A DNA stretch of 64,000 nt from Mytilus edulis (GCF_963676685.1 NC_092355.1:26288001-26352000); one strand, 5' to 3'; shown: positions 37,901-52,075, counted from the stretch's first letter. Notes: generated by a model from the letters alone, not told the origin. Translations and numbers: made by a program.

Positions 37901-40900
37901 AGGCAATTGGATCTGGCGTATTTTATCGCAAACCACTTATTTCTGATGTCCAAAATAAGCATCGCTACGGAAAGTCCGCAGAAAGAATTTAGTTGTCCCT
38001 CATACAAACCAATCTTTAATTTCTTTGAGATGAGGCAAGTATAATTGTGACAGATATAATTTAGGTGTCCCTCATACAAACATACCTTTTGTTTCTTTGA
38101 GATAAGGCAAGCATAGTAGTGGTAGAAAGAATTTAGTTTTCCCTCATACAAACAAACCTTTTGATTCTATGAGATAAGGCAAGCATAGTTGTGCCAGAAA
38201 GAATTCAGTTGTCTCTCATACACACCAATCTTTAATTTCTTTGAGATGAGGCAAGCATAGTTGTGACAAAAATAATTAAGTTTTCTTTCATACTAACAAA
38301 CCTGTTGTTTCTTTGAGATAAGGCAAGCAAAATTGAGACAGAAAGAATTAAGTTTTCTTTTTATATTAACAAAACTGTTGTTTCTTTGAGATAAGGCAAG
38401 CATGGTTGTGCCAGAAATAATTTAGTTTTCCCTCATACTAACAAACCTTTTGTTTCTTTGAGAAAAGTCAAGCATAGTTTTGACAGACATAATTCAGTTT
38501 TCCATCATGCTAAAACAACTGTTGTTTCTTTTAGATAAGGCAAGCATAATTGTGACAGAAAGAATTTAGTTTTCCCTCATATTAACATACCTTTTGTTTC
38601 TTTGAGATAAGGCAAGCATAATTGTGACAGAAAGAATTTAGTTTTCCCTCATACATGTCATACTAACAAATTGTTTGTTCTTTTGAGATAAGGCAAGCAT
38701 AGTTGTTACAGAACATGCAGAAAGAATTCAATTTTCCCTCATATTAACATGATTAAAAAAAACAGTTGTTTCTTTGAGATAAGGCAAACATAATTGTGAC
38801 AGAAAGCATTTAGTTTTCCCTCATAATAACAAACATTTTGTTTCTTTGAGATATAACATGTATAAGGTAAGCATAATTATGACAAACATAATTAAGTTTT
38901 ACCTCATACTAACAAACCTGTTGTTTTTTATACAAGGCAAGCATAGATGTGACAGAAAGAATTTAGTTTTCTCTCATACTAACAAACCTGTTGTTTCTTT
39001 GAGACAAGGCAAACAAAATTGTGACAGAAAGAATTTAGTTTTCCCTCATTCTAAACAACCTTTGGTTTCTTTGACATAAGGTAAGCATAATTGTGACAGA
39101 CAAAATGTAGTTTTCCCTCATGCAAACAATTCTTTTGTTTCTATAAAATAAGGCAGGCAAAGTTGTAGCAGAAAGAATCTAGTTTACCCTCATACAAACA
39201 TACCTTTTGTTTCTTTGAGATAAGGCAAGCACAGTTGTGCCAGGAATAATTTCGCCTTCTGGTTTACATTGACGAATCTATCGTAATCCTCTTCCTTAGT
39301 TTCACTTATACTTGAAAACAAAACATAGCCTGCAATATCAGCCTGAAAATTATATAGATATATGAGATATAGTCTTCTCATATCTGAGAGGCATTAGCCA
39401 CGAAGATTTTGGACTTCCTTTATCTTATTTGCATAGAAGAAATAAATAATCATTTTATCTTTTCTCATATTCTATAAGAACAATATGTTTTGATACATTG
39501 TAAAAGATTAGTGTCATTATCGCTATTTTGCGCATTTTTCCTCTGATCTTTTTTTGTGATAATTTTCATATCATTCTACTCGCTAGAGATGGAAAATTAT
39601 CGCTAGAAACTAAGCATGCATGTGGCGTTGCTATCGAAATTGACATGAAGTTGACATGAAATTGACAACGTCGTCATAGGTAAAATAGCGATAAAAAGAT
39701 TATCATTGTTCATCTCAACTCGATTGCCTTTCTCACCGTCCCGGCTCAAGCGAGAAAAGCAATCTCGTTGAGATGATAACCGATAATCTATAATTATCTT
39801 AAACTTACTTGATGCAGTTACACTTTCAGCAGACGTTTTATTGTTATGTTTTGCAATGAAAACCTAATTGATTCTATTTTTCTGTCATCAATTTTATCGA
39901 TACCTTATCCTTGTATATGTGTGGCAAAATGAATCGCTGTACTATCTTGTATTCTTTTTTATTATTGCCAAAACCTGAACGTTTTGTCGATACATGATAA
40001 CACTTTTATGTAAATACAGATTCTGAATTACTTAAAAAATATACAAAATATGTTATCTCTCAGTATGACTTTCTTTTAGAGAAACAAATGTTTTCGGTCC
40101 TGATGCTACTAAATTTAGCTAATCTTTACTTCTGTGTGATGTATCATTCGTTCAAGACATTGTGAATGATAAATCCTAATAAGATTTGATTATATATTAT
40201 ATATCTTGTTTTAAGTGAAAGTATGCATGTCATTGACAAAGATTTTCATTTATGTGACAGAGGTATGGCTACATGTAGTACATGTTAATAAGACTATTTA
40301 TCGGATGTGTTCTCTCATAAGCAACACGACAGGTGCCACATGTGGAGCAGGATATGCTTACCCTTCCGGAGCACCTGAGATCACCCTTAGTTTTTGGTGG
40401 GGTTCGTGTTGTTTATTCTTTAGTTTTCTATGTTGTGTCGTGTGCACTATTGTTTGTCTGTTTGTCCTTTTCATTTTTAGCCATGGCGTTGACAGTTTAT
40501 TTTCGATTTATGAGTTTTACTGTCCCTCTGGTATCTTTCGTCCCTCTTCTTTAATTCTAAATTGTATTCTCTCAAACTGTATTTAGACGATTAAGGGGGT
40601 ACCTAACACCTTGACTAAAATTAATTTGGCTCGTTTAATTCTCTTATTTTTTTTAAACAAAATATTAACTTTTACCCTTTGAAAAAAATATAAAAGTTTC
40701 AATAAACTTGAACAAATCACTTCTCGCGAAAAAAAATGGCTGGATATATAGCAGTTTGACAAACACTAATTTTGATCATTGAGAAGCTTAATATTTCCTT
40801 AACAATCCAATGTGATTAAAAAGTTTAGCTGATTTTTACAGAGTTATATCTCTGTAGTGTTAGGTACCACAATAATGATAAACATTTTGGAACACTTTGA

Positions 40901-43900
40901 TACGTTCCGAGTACAAAACTTTAAATTAGAAAGGTATCATTTTTAGCTGCTTTTATAGCGCCAAGCCTCTCACTTTGGTGACAGTCTCATCAAATTCCGT
41001 TTTATTTACAATGTAAATATAACTGTATCTAGACGATTAACATGATTAATGATAAACTTTTTAGAACATGTTGATACGTTCCGATTACAAAACTTTAAAT
41101 TAGAAAGGTATCATTTCCAATGTTAGCACTATGTCATATAGAAATAATGAATGTTTGTATCTGTGGACCGAGTATTAACTGGAAGTCGACTTATTTTAGT
41201 TAGGTCGCTGCTTCCTTGGTGGTTACATCATATTTTATTGCATAATGGTGAACAAAAATGTGCATTTATATCAAATAAAACAAACCAATATATCCAATCT
41301 TCCAAACTTTTGTATCAGGTTCCTCACAATTTCTTCCCTGAAGGCAGATTGTGATAAGTCACCACTGCAAAACCCTATCTAAGAAGAAAGTAGAATCATG
41401 CTTATACATTACATGATATAATATATAAGTACGTGTAGTAGAAAAGGTTATCTACATGGTAAATTTGTTAAAAAAAAATAAGAGTAAAATAAAACAGTTA
41501 ACTTATTGAAAACAACCATTATTATTTAAAATTCCTATACAAATGGAATGCACAAAATTTCACGGGCGCATTACATTTGCGCGCATTAGGGATGTACTTT
41601 TTTTTAGATTGCGCACAAGATTAATTATCATGTGTACAGATTCATTTTATATGTAAAGTAAACAACTACAATAAATATAGACCATTCATGAAAATATGAA
41701 GCCAACTTTGAGAGAGAAAAAACAAGCCTCTTTTGGAAAGTTAATATAAAGGTTCGTTTATCAGAAACAAATCACAGGGAAACACACGTAGACAATTCAA
41801 TACTTGATGATGCGATTCTAGGAAAATCCGAATGGAAACAGGGTTAAGAGCTACCAATATGCAGCAAAAAAGGCATGTCAGATTGAGTTTATGTGATTAA
41901 TTTAAATATTTTGTATTTGTTTTTCTAGTACTGAGGATTCGTTTTACTGGATAATAACAAAACAAATCAGTGTTTCCTGTTATAAATCCCTTTTTCATCA
42001 TGTGGAAGGTGCGCAGCAAGAAGTCGTTAACTAATAGAACAAGGGTAAAATTGAGAATGGAAATGGGGAATGTGTCAAAGAGACAACAACCCGACCATAG
42101 AGAAGACAACAGCAGAAGGTCACCAAAAGGTAAACTAAATGTTTCTAAAAAAAGTTATATATCATTGCAGCGAGAAATTCCCGCATCCGGAGGCGTCCTT
42201 CAGCTGGCCCCTAAACAAATATATATGCTAGTTCAGTGATAATGAACGCCATACTAAACTCCAAATTGTACACAAGAAACTAAAATTAAAAATAATATAA
42301 GACTAACAAAGGCCAGAGGCTCCTGACATTAGACAGGCGCAAAAATGCGGCAGGGTTAAACATGTTTATGAGATCTCAACCCTCCCCTATACCTCTAGCC
42401 AATGCAGAAGAGTAAACGCATAGCAATACGCACATTAAAGTTTAGTTCAAGAGAAGTTCGAGTCTGATGTCAGAAGATGTATCCAAAGAAAATAAATAAA
42501 ATGACAATAATACATAAATAGCATCAGACTACTAGCAGTTAACTGACATGCCAGCTCCAGACTTCAATTAAACTGATTGAAAGATTATGTCGTCATCATA
42601 TGAATATCAGACACAATCCTTCCCGTGAGGGGTTTAGTATCATACCATCATAACATATATGAGAAGATTATAACCCGTGTATACTGTAAACCAACCTATT
42701 TTCGCGGATACTATATTTCGCAATATACCAATAAAAGTCAATTTCGCGGCTTTTTAAGTTCGCGATTTTCTCATTTAATTGATGTGGTTTAATAAAGATT
42801 TACTTATTTTCGCGTTATTTTTCTACTCGAGAAAGACGCGAAAATAAATCGCCCGCGAAAGCATTTGGTTCAAAGAACACAATGTGTTACATATAAGCTA
42901 ACAAGTTAATTCGTCATTTTTAACAATATCTGACGTAATTTCTGATACATGAAAACCCTATTTCCTGATACTTCAGCTAACACATACCGCTGTTAACTTG
43001 TTCAAAGAATCTGCTGAAATACATTAAAAAGCTGTGGGTCGACTTCTACACACGATGTAATGCGTCGAATTTCACAAACTTCATTAATACATCTACATGA
43101 GATGGTTTCTTACACCAGTCAATTAAAATTAAAATATTTGATGTCATGAATATTATCTATCAGATTTATTTTTGTTCAATCAGTACTGCAAGTGAAATTG
43201 AAACAATAATTCGCTTTTAGCAGCCAGTTTGGTTAAATTTTGTCAAAAGAAGCTAATAAACATCGCTGATTAATTATTTATTAGCAAGTGAATAGTTCGA
43301 CCTCATTGAAACCGTATTCATGTCACCTTATATTTAACCCCTTCGTTAGAGATGGATAACGCATCAAGCAGGCGTCTTCGGCTATCTAAAGGAAAAGAAT
43401 GTCAACATTGAAAGTAAAACAAGGGTAAACCATTCGGTTGACTAATTTGATCCACAAAACTCGTTCTTTTACAGGTAAAAACGATAATTAACATATTTGT
43501 TTAATCTATAAAATTAGATCAAACTACCTACAGTTGCACGTTTTGCTAACTATTTATATCTATAGTTATGTTTATATCGGGTTATATGATCGTCGGCAGT
43601 CTTCTGGGTTACTCTGTGGTTAATTAAATGGCGTCTAAACTAAAATACACACGAAATGTGGATACATGTGAGTACGTGCATCTTCACTTCAGACTATTTT
43701 TTTAGTTCGATATACCTTTTAGTAAATTATAAATCAAATATGAGAATTTGAATCACTTCCATGAAAATAAATTTGACAGCTAATGCATGCTGCTTTAATA
43801 GGATTTTTTTTCTTCTAATTTACCTTTCATTTTCATCTGCTGTTGCGAATGCCTATTTTTATTTTCAGTTTTGTACACGATAGATTCTTGCACTTTGTGA

Positions 43901-46900
43901 TGCAGAATATTCATTTTGGCTCATTATTCTGAACTGTGTAAAACCCATCAGACCCCCATTTTGCTATATATTTTGCTCAGTATTCTCTACTCTGTAAATC
44001 CTATCTAGACATCCATTCTGTAAATCCTATCTAGACATCCATTTTGCTGTAGATTTTGCTCATTATTCTCTAATCTGTAAAAACCATCCAGACCCTCATT
44101 TTTCTGAAGATTTAGCTTATTTTACTCTACCCTGTAAAACCCCTCCAGACCCCGATTTTGCTGTAGATTTGGCTCCCTTATTCTCTACACTGTAAAACCC
44201 ATCCAGCCCCCCCCCCCTCCATTTTGCTGTAGATTTTGCTCATCATTCTCTAATCGGTAAACCCATCAAGACCCCTATTTTTCTATAGTATTGGCTCATT
44301 ATTCTCTGCTCTGTAAATCCTATCCAGACACCCATTTTGCTGAAAATTTTGCTCATTATTCTCTAATCTGTAAAAACCATTCAGACCCTCATTTTTCTGT
44401 AGATTTGGCTCGGTATTTTTACTCTGTAAAACTCATCCAGACCCCCATTCAAATGTCTTAACAATATATATGTAGGACTCAAATCTGTGGTGGATTCCAG
44501 ATCTATGGCAGATTCAAAATCTATAGTAAATATGCCATCCCAAAGGAATGGCCGATTTAAAAAAATCCTAATCTATGGCAAATTTTGTAAATTCTAAATC
44601 TATGGCGGATTTTTGTTCTTTCTCAATCTAAGGCAGATTTTGTGCAAATGTAGAACAAGACAGTACTTATACAATCACGGACTTGTCATAAGTTAGTTGA
44701 AATGTACGACAACGGGACCATGTCTGTAAACATTTTTGAAATACAAATTCCATAGTGGTCAACCATAAAAAAGTGTAGGAGTTATGTACCATAATACAGA
44801 ATTAAAATGATCTTCCACAGAAAGCATTTCCTAATCTGTGCATGGTACCTGTTTAATCCAGTAATTAAAACAACTAGAAAAAAGGGAAGTCCCTCAACAA
44901 AGAAGAACACAGTCTTTTATAACAACAAATTAAACAGTTTGATTTTTCTCATAATATTTATTGTAGCGTTAATTAATCTTTTTATACTGGTGACCCGCAA
45001 ATTGTTCCTTTTCTGAGTATTTTAACACAAGACTTCAGGAAAAATTAGGGAGCCAACAACTTTGCTGAAGTCGGCGAATTATATGGCGTTATTTTATTGT
45101 GACGTTATGTTTTACTCTTTTCCCGGAAAATTACGTAATTCCGAAATTTGTCATAGATTTGATTTGTTTGGCGTTTGTAACGTCATATTTGCCATCGATT
45201 AGGAATCTGCCATAGATTTGGAACCCGCCATAGATTTTAGTCCTTAATATATGCCAATGATTATAATTCAATAAAATCAACGGTACCAATTTTGTTGCAC
45301 CAGATGCGCATTTCGACAATACATGTCTCTTCAGTGATGCTCGTGGCCAAAATATTTGAAATCCAAAGCTTATATAAAAGATGAAGAGCTATAATCCAAA
45401 AGGTCCAAAAAGTATAGCCAAATTCGTGAAAGAAATCAGAGCTTTGCATGAGGGAGATACATTCCTTAATTTATAATAATTTTTAATATTGTGTTGAAAA
45501 ACATAGTAATTACAGAAATTTCGTGTTAGCATTCTGGTCTCGAATGCGAGAGTTTTTTTTTTTAAAGCGTACGAAAAAGACCACATGGTCAGTTCGGATT
45601 CAGAATAACATGTGCAGGTATGGTAATATATATTCACAGCACTGTTATCTTGCAAATTGGTGACTATGCGGTATAGTCTTTGCTCATTGGTGAAAGTCGT
45701 ACGGTGACCTATAGTTGTTAATTTTTTACTCTTGTGGAGACTTTTCTCATTGGCAATCATACCAAATCTTCGTATTTTTATATTTTATAACGTGTCGGTA
45801 AAGAACAAAGCTGGGTTCATTTTCGTATCACATTGACATCTTCTTGTCCTAATATTCGTGTAACATTTGCCACTGGACGTTTAACGGTAATTCATCCTTC
45901 AATCCAGGTATTTCAATGTTTTTTTATGAAACACTAGAAAACAAGATTGAGTATACATTTTGTAAAACTATTATGATGATCTTGATAAATGAGCGACAAA
46001 ATTATACTCATATAAATTTAGAAAACTTACTTTTTCTTCTACTAAACCCTTTTCCTTGCATTTTTGTTGTACAATTTGCAATTTGTCCTCTTCAAGAGCC
46101 ACTAAAAATAATGTGGCACCATGTTCTGCTAACTTAATAGCGGTGGCTTCTCCTATGCCAGAACTTGCTCCTAAAAGATTAATATAAACACAATCTACGA
46201 GTGCGGAACCAGCCATTTTGAAAACTGAGGGTTACAACTGCCGCAACACCATGAAACGTTCACAAAATAATAATAAAAAAGATAGACATAAATAAATCGA
46301 ATGATGGGGTTAAAAAGTATACAACAAATTAATTGACAGTTTAAAACAAATCACTAAGAGGATGACATACAGATGGTAACATAGTAAAAAGAAAAAGACA
46401 AACAGCCAAACAACCGATTAAAAAGTACACTACATAAACTAAATATTGAGCATCGTGAACATCAACAATCCAAGGGTCATCTCAAGTTCTCAACATTTCC
46501 TGTTCGTCGTGTTGCTCCTGTTAAATTCGTTGGTTGTCATATCTAGTGATAAGGCATCACTCAATATCAGATTGATAAATTAACGTTTGTAAAATTGGAG
46601 ATCATTTATAAGATTGACATTTGCGTACGTCTGTCGCGAAAAAAAATGCACTTGAATACCGCTCGGCTTTTTATATTTATTAGTTAATTGTCATTGGGTT
46701 ATTTGTGTTATTTGGTTGCGGTTTTATTGACATGTACCCCATATCTCAGTCTTTTTATTCTTTTGAAATTTTGAAAAAGTGTTATTAAAACCTTTTAAAA
46801 CATTTGCTTAATCATGTTTATACTATAATTTATACTTCCTGACACATATCAGTATTCATTACATATTATAATTTTTTTTTTTCTATATTCTGGCTAAACA

Positions 46901-49202
46901 AAATCTCCAACAAAGACCTACATGAGATGACCAGCACCAAGGACATGGAGACCTAGATAATACAAAAAAGACGAAGATGGCTTGGACAAGTTATACGCAA
47001 ACCATCTGATGACATGACCAAGGTTGCCCTTAGATGGACACCAGAGGGAAAAAGAAAAAGAGGCCAACCTAAAACAACATGAAAACGCACCATAGAAAAT
47101 GAGCTCAAGGAAAGAGGATATACCTGGGGCACAGTGGAAAGAAAAGCGAACAACCGAGAAGAGTGGAGGAAACTTGTCCTTGCCCTATGTGCCATAAGGC
47201 ATAGCAAGGACTAAATAAGAAATACATATTATATTATATAAATTATTATATACTATTATTGCACCTTTGTTTACCATGTTGTTCTAATTTAATTATGTTC
47301 ACTTGTTTGTTAAAATAATGTACATCATACCCCATGAGGGGGTTTTAGTGAAATAAAATGTCTTATGTCTTATGAAATTACTTTTATAACAGAAAAAAAA
47401 ACAATAGATATAAGTATTCTGATTGTGTTTTGTTTTAAGGTTGTTATGTCTGAACTAATGCAGCTTTTCAGTTCAATTGAAGTAAAACATAAAACCTGGA
47501 TACATATTGAATAACTCATATCAGCGGCTAACAATTACATCGGAAACCAGCGATATTTATAGATTATCGTTGGTCATCTCAACGAGATTGATTTTCTCGC
47601 TTGACCCGGTACGGTAAAGCAATCGAGTTGAGATGACCAATGATAATCTGTTTATCGCTATTTAACCTATGACGACGTTTTCAATTTCATTTCAATTTCA
47701 TTAGCAACAACACGTGCCTCCTTAGTTTCTAGCGATAATTTTCCATCTCAAGGGAGTAGCATGATAAGAAAAATTATCACAAAAAAAGAACAAAGGAAAA
47801 ATACACAAAATAGCGATAAATTTAAATTCAGGGTGAGATATAACAATGTTAGGAATCTCCAGTTGTTCAATATTTGAGGGTCTTGATGGGGGCCTTTCAT
47901 TTTTGTATTCTATAATTTTTAGGCAATTTTGCTATATTCGTTTTACTTTTTGATTATTATACTTTTTGATTATTATTCTCTTTTCTATATACATTTTGAT
48001 TATTATTCTCTATTCTTTATACTTTTTGACTATTATTCTCTATTCTTTATACTTTTTGAACATTTATCTCTATTCTTTATACTTTTTGACTATTATTCTC
48101 TATTCTTTATACTTTTTGACTATTATTCTCTATTCTTTATACTTTTTGACTATTATTCTCTATTCTTTATACTTTTTGACTATGATTCTCTATTCTTTAT
48201 ACTTTTTGACTATTATTCTCTGTTCTTTATACTTTTTGACTATTATTCTCTGTTCTTTATACTTTTTGACTATTATTCTCTGTTCTTTATACTTTTTGAC
48301 TATGATTCTCTGTTCTTTATACTTTTTGACTATTATTCTCTATTCTTTATACTTTTTGATTATTATTCTCTGTTCTTTATACTTTTTGACTATTATTCTC
48401 TATTCTTTATACTTTTTGACTATTATTCTCTATTCTTTATACTTTTTGACTATTATTCTCTGTTCTTTATACTTTTTGACTATTATTCTCTGTTCTTTAT
48501 ACTTTTTGACTATTATTCTCTGTTCTTTATACTTTTTGACTATGATTCTCTGTTCTTTATACTTTTTGACTATTATTCTCTATTCTTTATACTTTTTGAC
48601 TATTATTCTCTATTCTTTATACTTTTTGACTATTATTCTCTGTTCTTTATACTTTTTGACTATTATTCTCTGTTCTTTATACTTTTTGACTATGATTCTC
48701 TGTTCTTTATACTTTTTGACTATTATTCTCTGTCTATTCTTTATATCTAAGAACCTTGTTTGTCTCTATTCTTTATATTTACATGTTCTTTATTTTTTGG
48801 TCCATTTTTCTGTATTCTTTATATTTACCCCCTATTATTCTCTATTCTGTAAACCCCCATCCGCTCCCTCAAATTTAATATAAAACGAGTGTTCTGCTTA
48901 TTCGTGTTATTAAAAAGAGGTATTATCATAATTTTTTTAACATTTGTAACTAAACTAGAATTAAATTTCCCGTGATTTTGAATTTATGTCTCCTTGTATT
49001 ATTATGACAAGGTAATCATTATCGCCAAGGACGTCTGTCGGTCAGTCCGTAAGTAATCTTTCACTATGTAAATATATACACATATGCATCATATAATATA
49101 TAGCAAATTTAACAGTTTTCACATGTTTTAGAAAAGTTAGACGGATAGCAGAACATGATTCCTACCTGTTATAAGGACAACTTTTTCTCTGAAGCTAGAC
49201 AT
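31947..49202 (-). CDS. SDR2: classical SDR (FabG-like), 260 aa, 9 exons, inverted paralog of SDR1
   Basis: Exons 49202-49166, 46170-46031, 41378-41286, 39342-39204, 36003-35963, 35417-35348, 34942-34906, 33964-33892, 32099-31947. Exon lengths are identical to SDR1 (37,140,93,139,41,70,37,73,153) and the frame is open. Motifs TGASSGIG, YCMAK, VRVNAINPG, ITG...DGG. Confidence 0.93.
36130..37480 (+). mobile_element. Crypton-like (DUF3504/ZMYM-KCTD1-type tyrosine recombinase) remnant in SDR2 intron 4
   Basis: NTKKNTKWAVGVFNQW...FVVETRKQNGDEYPPKSLYYIVCGLLRH...FDAKMK, then RGRDEHRNL...KTFKGGL; internally deleted; terminal hairpin of about 100 bp at 36131-36232. Confidence 0.75.
37980..39252 (-). 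repeat. 72-bp exon-4/donor-derived tandem array in SDR2, about 17 units
   Basis: Same unit as 16466-16968, starting within SDR2 exon 4. Confidence 0.9.
39520..39795. mobile_element. Hairpin-ended element of about 270 bp (inverted copy at 47561-47820), probably non-autonomous Crypton-like
   Basis: gattatcattgttcatctcaactcgattgc...gcaatctcgttgagatgataaccgataatc terminal inverted repeat; two dispersed copies. Confidence 0.6.
40300..40550 (+). mobile_element. 3' end of the same Naiad-like family as 29090-29335
   Basis: Near-identical cataagcaacacgac...gtatctttcgtccctctt. Confidence 0.85.
42046..42680. repeat. Interspersed repeat; inverted partial copy at about 25125-25500
   Basis: aaaattgagaatggaaatggggaatgtgtcaaag...gagtctgatgtcagaagatg is the reverse complement of the 25 kb copy. 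Confidence 0.75.
43915..44450 (-). repeat. 57-bp minisatellite, about 9 copies, SDR2 intron 2
   Basis: Reverse complement of the 13860-14340 unit. Confidence 0.85.
45297..45340 (-). ncRNA. Minimal type I hammerhead ribozyme with intact core
   Basis: gcauca-CUGAAGA-GACA-uguau-UGUC-GAAA-UGCGCA-UC-uggugc: 6-bp stem I, 4-bp stem II, palindromic short stem III, AUC cleavage triplet. Confidence 0.8.
46885..47220 (+). mobile_element. RTE-clade LINE 3' end
   Basis: RRRWLGQVIRK...KVALRWTPEGKRKRGQPKTT*...NREEWRKLVLALC; possible TSD tacatattata (46860-46870 and 47223-47233). Confidence 0.8.
47440..47832 (+). pseudogene. Decayed MIase-like coding exon 1, antisense in SDR2 intron 1, split by a hairpin element
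   Basis: ttttaag|gttgtt, then ATG at 47446: MSELMQLFSSIEVKHKTWIHIE*LISAANNYIGNQ...[47561-47820 insert]...FKFR|gtgaga. Confidence 0.8.
47935..48740 (+). repeat. 30-bp minisatellite, about 26 copies
   Basis: Unit TATTATTCTCT(A/G)TTCTTTATACTTTTTGAC, very homogeneous. Confidence 0.95.
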
Positions 49203-49369
49203 GTTTTTCGGTCAGAAATTGTCCGAGATAATACAAAAGGTCTAAAAAAAAGATTAACTTGACCTAGCTTTCATCTAAATAACGTATCGTATGATACACC
49301 ATGAACATCTAGATAACGTATCGTATTATACACCATATACACACGTTACACATCAATGTTACCATAATA

Positions 49370-50260
49370 ATGTTTATCGGTTTACTGATAATACAGGTTT
49401 AAAATTCCGCATTTATTTTCGAGTCCCCCTTTTTTTCTTTGCATTCTGAACTTTGACCGTGTCTGTCACGTGACGTTACCGTATTGTGTCGTCACTTCTA
49501 AATTTTTTAACGTTTGAACGGGAAGCTTGTTCAAAACTGTTTTTGTAAAATCCAGTTCCATCCTCAACACAGATGAAACCTCAGAAAAGAAATAGGCAAC
49601 CGCATGTACAAGAATTAAATCATTGCCTTGTAATTTGCCATCCAAATATAAAAGCTCAAGATAGAGATTTATTCAGGCTTGACGGAGTGCACTTGTCAGA
49701 TGTGGGTAATGATGTTTTCTTAAATAATGTTCAGGGACCTTTAGAATTTTTTGCAAGTTCGGACCGTCGAGTATTTCCTAATTGATGAGTCTATAAATTA
49801 TATTTCAGTACGGTGTAGTAAACTCGTTTCGTTGGGGATGAGAGTGTATAGAATTCTCATTTGGCGGGATCTGGCAAGGGGGGTCATGACCCTGTAATTC
49901 TACGTTAGACCATATGTTAAAATATTCTACTGTGGTACCACAGGGAAGTTGTGTTTTTTTATAAACGGCTTTCTCTTGTTTACCAGAGCGGCCGGTTCAT
50001 CACTGTTACCCGTTTTGAATTTTATCCTCCGAGTACCGAGGAAGCGTTATTCAAGTTATGGCCTAGCGTCAGTGTGGGGTCGTGCTCCTCGTTCAATCTA
50101 ATTTTCCTTAGAGGAACTTTTGTTACTTCTGTTACCAGAAGAACACCTACTTGACAATATTAAAAATGCCGGCGGTTTGTATCGTCTTGCCAGACCTCGT
50201 TTACTGTTTTTTCCTCCTGCGGCCGATTTAATTCCACATAAGATTTCTTGAATTATTTAG
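49370..50260 (+). mobile_element. Ngaro/DIRS-like remnant with an SGNH-hydrolase fragment, inserted upstream of SDR2
   Basis: HPNIK...DLFRLDGVHLSDVGNDVFLNNVQ (DxxH block of SGNH hydrolases); it interrupts homology with the SDR1 upstream region. Confidence 0.55.
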
Positions 50261-52075
50261 TATTAAGGAGTTGCGGAATGATTGCCTATGAGACAACTCT
50301 TCTGTAAAAACAACGTTGGTATTAGCATCTAAAGGTACGCGTACAACCTTCAACAATGAGCAAAACCGTTACCATATGTTTTATTCCACACAATATTTCT
50401 TTAATTATTTTAATCTTTAATTGAATAAAACATGCATAAATGTCACTGACCTTTATTTTAGTTTTGTCAATATCAAGGAGCAACTTCGCTGGAACACAAT
50501 GCGTGTATAAATATACAAGGGCTCGTAAGTATATCTTATGTAATATGTTTAGCTACCAAATGTGCAGCTAGAACCTCTTCTGTAATTAATTTTGATACCG
50601 ATCCCCGAACGTGTAGCTAGAATCTCCTCTGTAGTAAATCTTTTTACCGGACATGGCACTAAAACATCTGTTGTAATACATATTGATATCGGGGAAGTGA
50701 TGCAAAATAAAGGCAACAGTAGTATACCGCTGTTAAAAACTCATAAATCGATAGAAAAAACCAAATCCGGGTTACAAACTAAAACTGAGGGAAACGCTTT
50801 AAATATATGAGGAGAACAACGACACAACATTAAAATGTAACACACACAGAAACGAACTAAGCATTAGACAAAATCCGATTAGGATAAAAAATATAGCCAA
50901 TGATACAATTATCCGCCAGAAACCGAAAGAATTATTTAATTTGAGCTTCTATAAACCCCTTCGATTAGGATATAACATATCAGTGAGAAATTACCCATTG
51001 GTCAGTGGTTTAGCTACACAACTTTAGAATATTTAGAGAAGCAGTTCCGTATAACATGTGTTACGAAGATTATTTTAGCATTGTCGAATGCTTTTGAATC
51101 AAATTGAAGTAAAATGCGGTTTCAAAATGTTGCTGTTATTCTAATATAACAGACTAATACCAATCAACTAAGCATTTGAATTACAAGCTCCTGTCTTGGT
51201 GACTTGTGGAGAAGTTAAACATGTTTGTGAGCTCTTGCGATCTTCTACATAGTACTTGTATTGCTTCTTTTTATCTATCAAATATCAGCGTGTAAATGTT
51301 TTTTATTTTGTTATAAACTATATTGCACTGTGACGTCATAAACGTATTTATAACATAGAAGCTTGCATCAAAACCATGAGACCTTTTATGCTCAAATATA
51401 CGGTATTGAGTGTTCTCGTTGTTGAAAGCCTAACTATTTCCTATAATTGCTTACATCCAATTTATTTGAACTTTGGCGGACAGTTGACTCGTTTGCATAA
51501 TATCACATCTACTAAGTTGTATATACTGTAATTTGTTTTAAATATATACGTAATAAAAGTAAATGATCAACAAACACTGTTTTAACAAGCAGCGTTTACA
51601 TGCTTCATACAATATATGAAAAGATAGAAGTTAATAAATATTGGTCACCGTACGGTCTACAACAATGAGCAAAACGCCTACTACATCAAAGGTAAACGAA
51701 ATGACCAATTTAGAACAATTCAGACAAGAAAACTAACAGCCTTGTTATTAGTTTAGACTTTTCTTTTATAATTATGAACATAAGTCAGTTCTCGTTTGAT
51801 TTTTTTAAATGTGTCGGTTCAGGGCCTTTTATATCTTACTACGCGGTAAAGTTTTTACTCATTTATGAAGACCGAAAGTTTTTTCTAGATTGGCTATTGT
51901 AGGGGCAATACCGCATTTTCTAGCGGGATTTAAAATCTTGACACGGAAGGTTGTATTTATTTATTATCAGTAACAAAAAAAGCATACACACAATGTAAAA
52001 CGTTTGAAAACAAATAAATTAGTATCATTCGCTTTTAAAATCAAGTAATTTTAGATGAGAACACTACAGTCTTTG

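Noticed and set aside
37980-39252. CRISPR-like array or mutually exclusive exon array
   Set aside because: No unique spacers, eukaryotic context, and the units have donors but no acceptors.
47929-48883. 273-aa and 305-aa repetitive ORFs
   Set aside because: Artefacts of a stop-free 30-bp minisatellite inside an intron.
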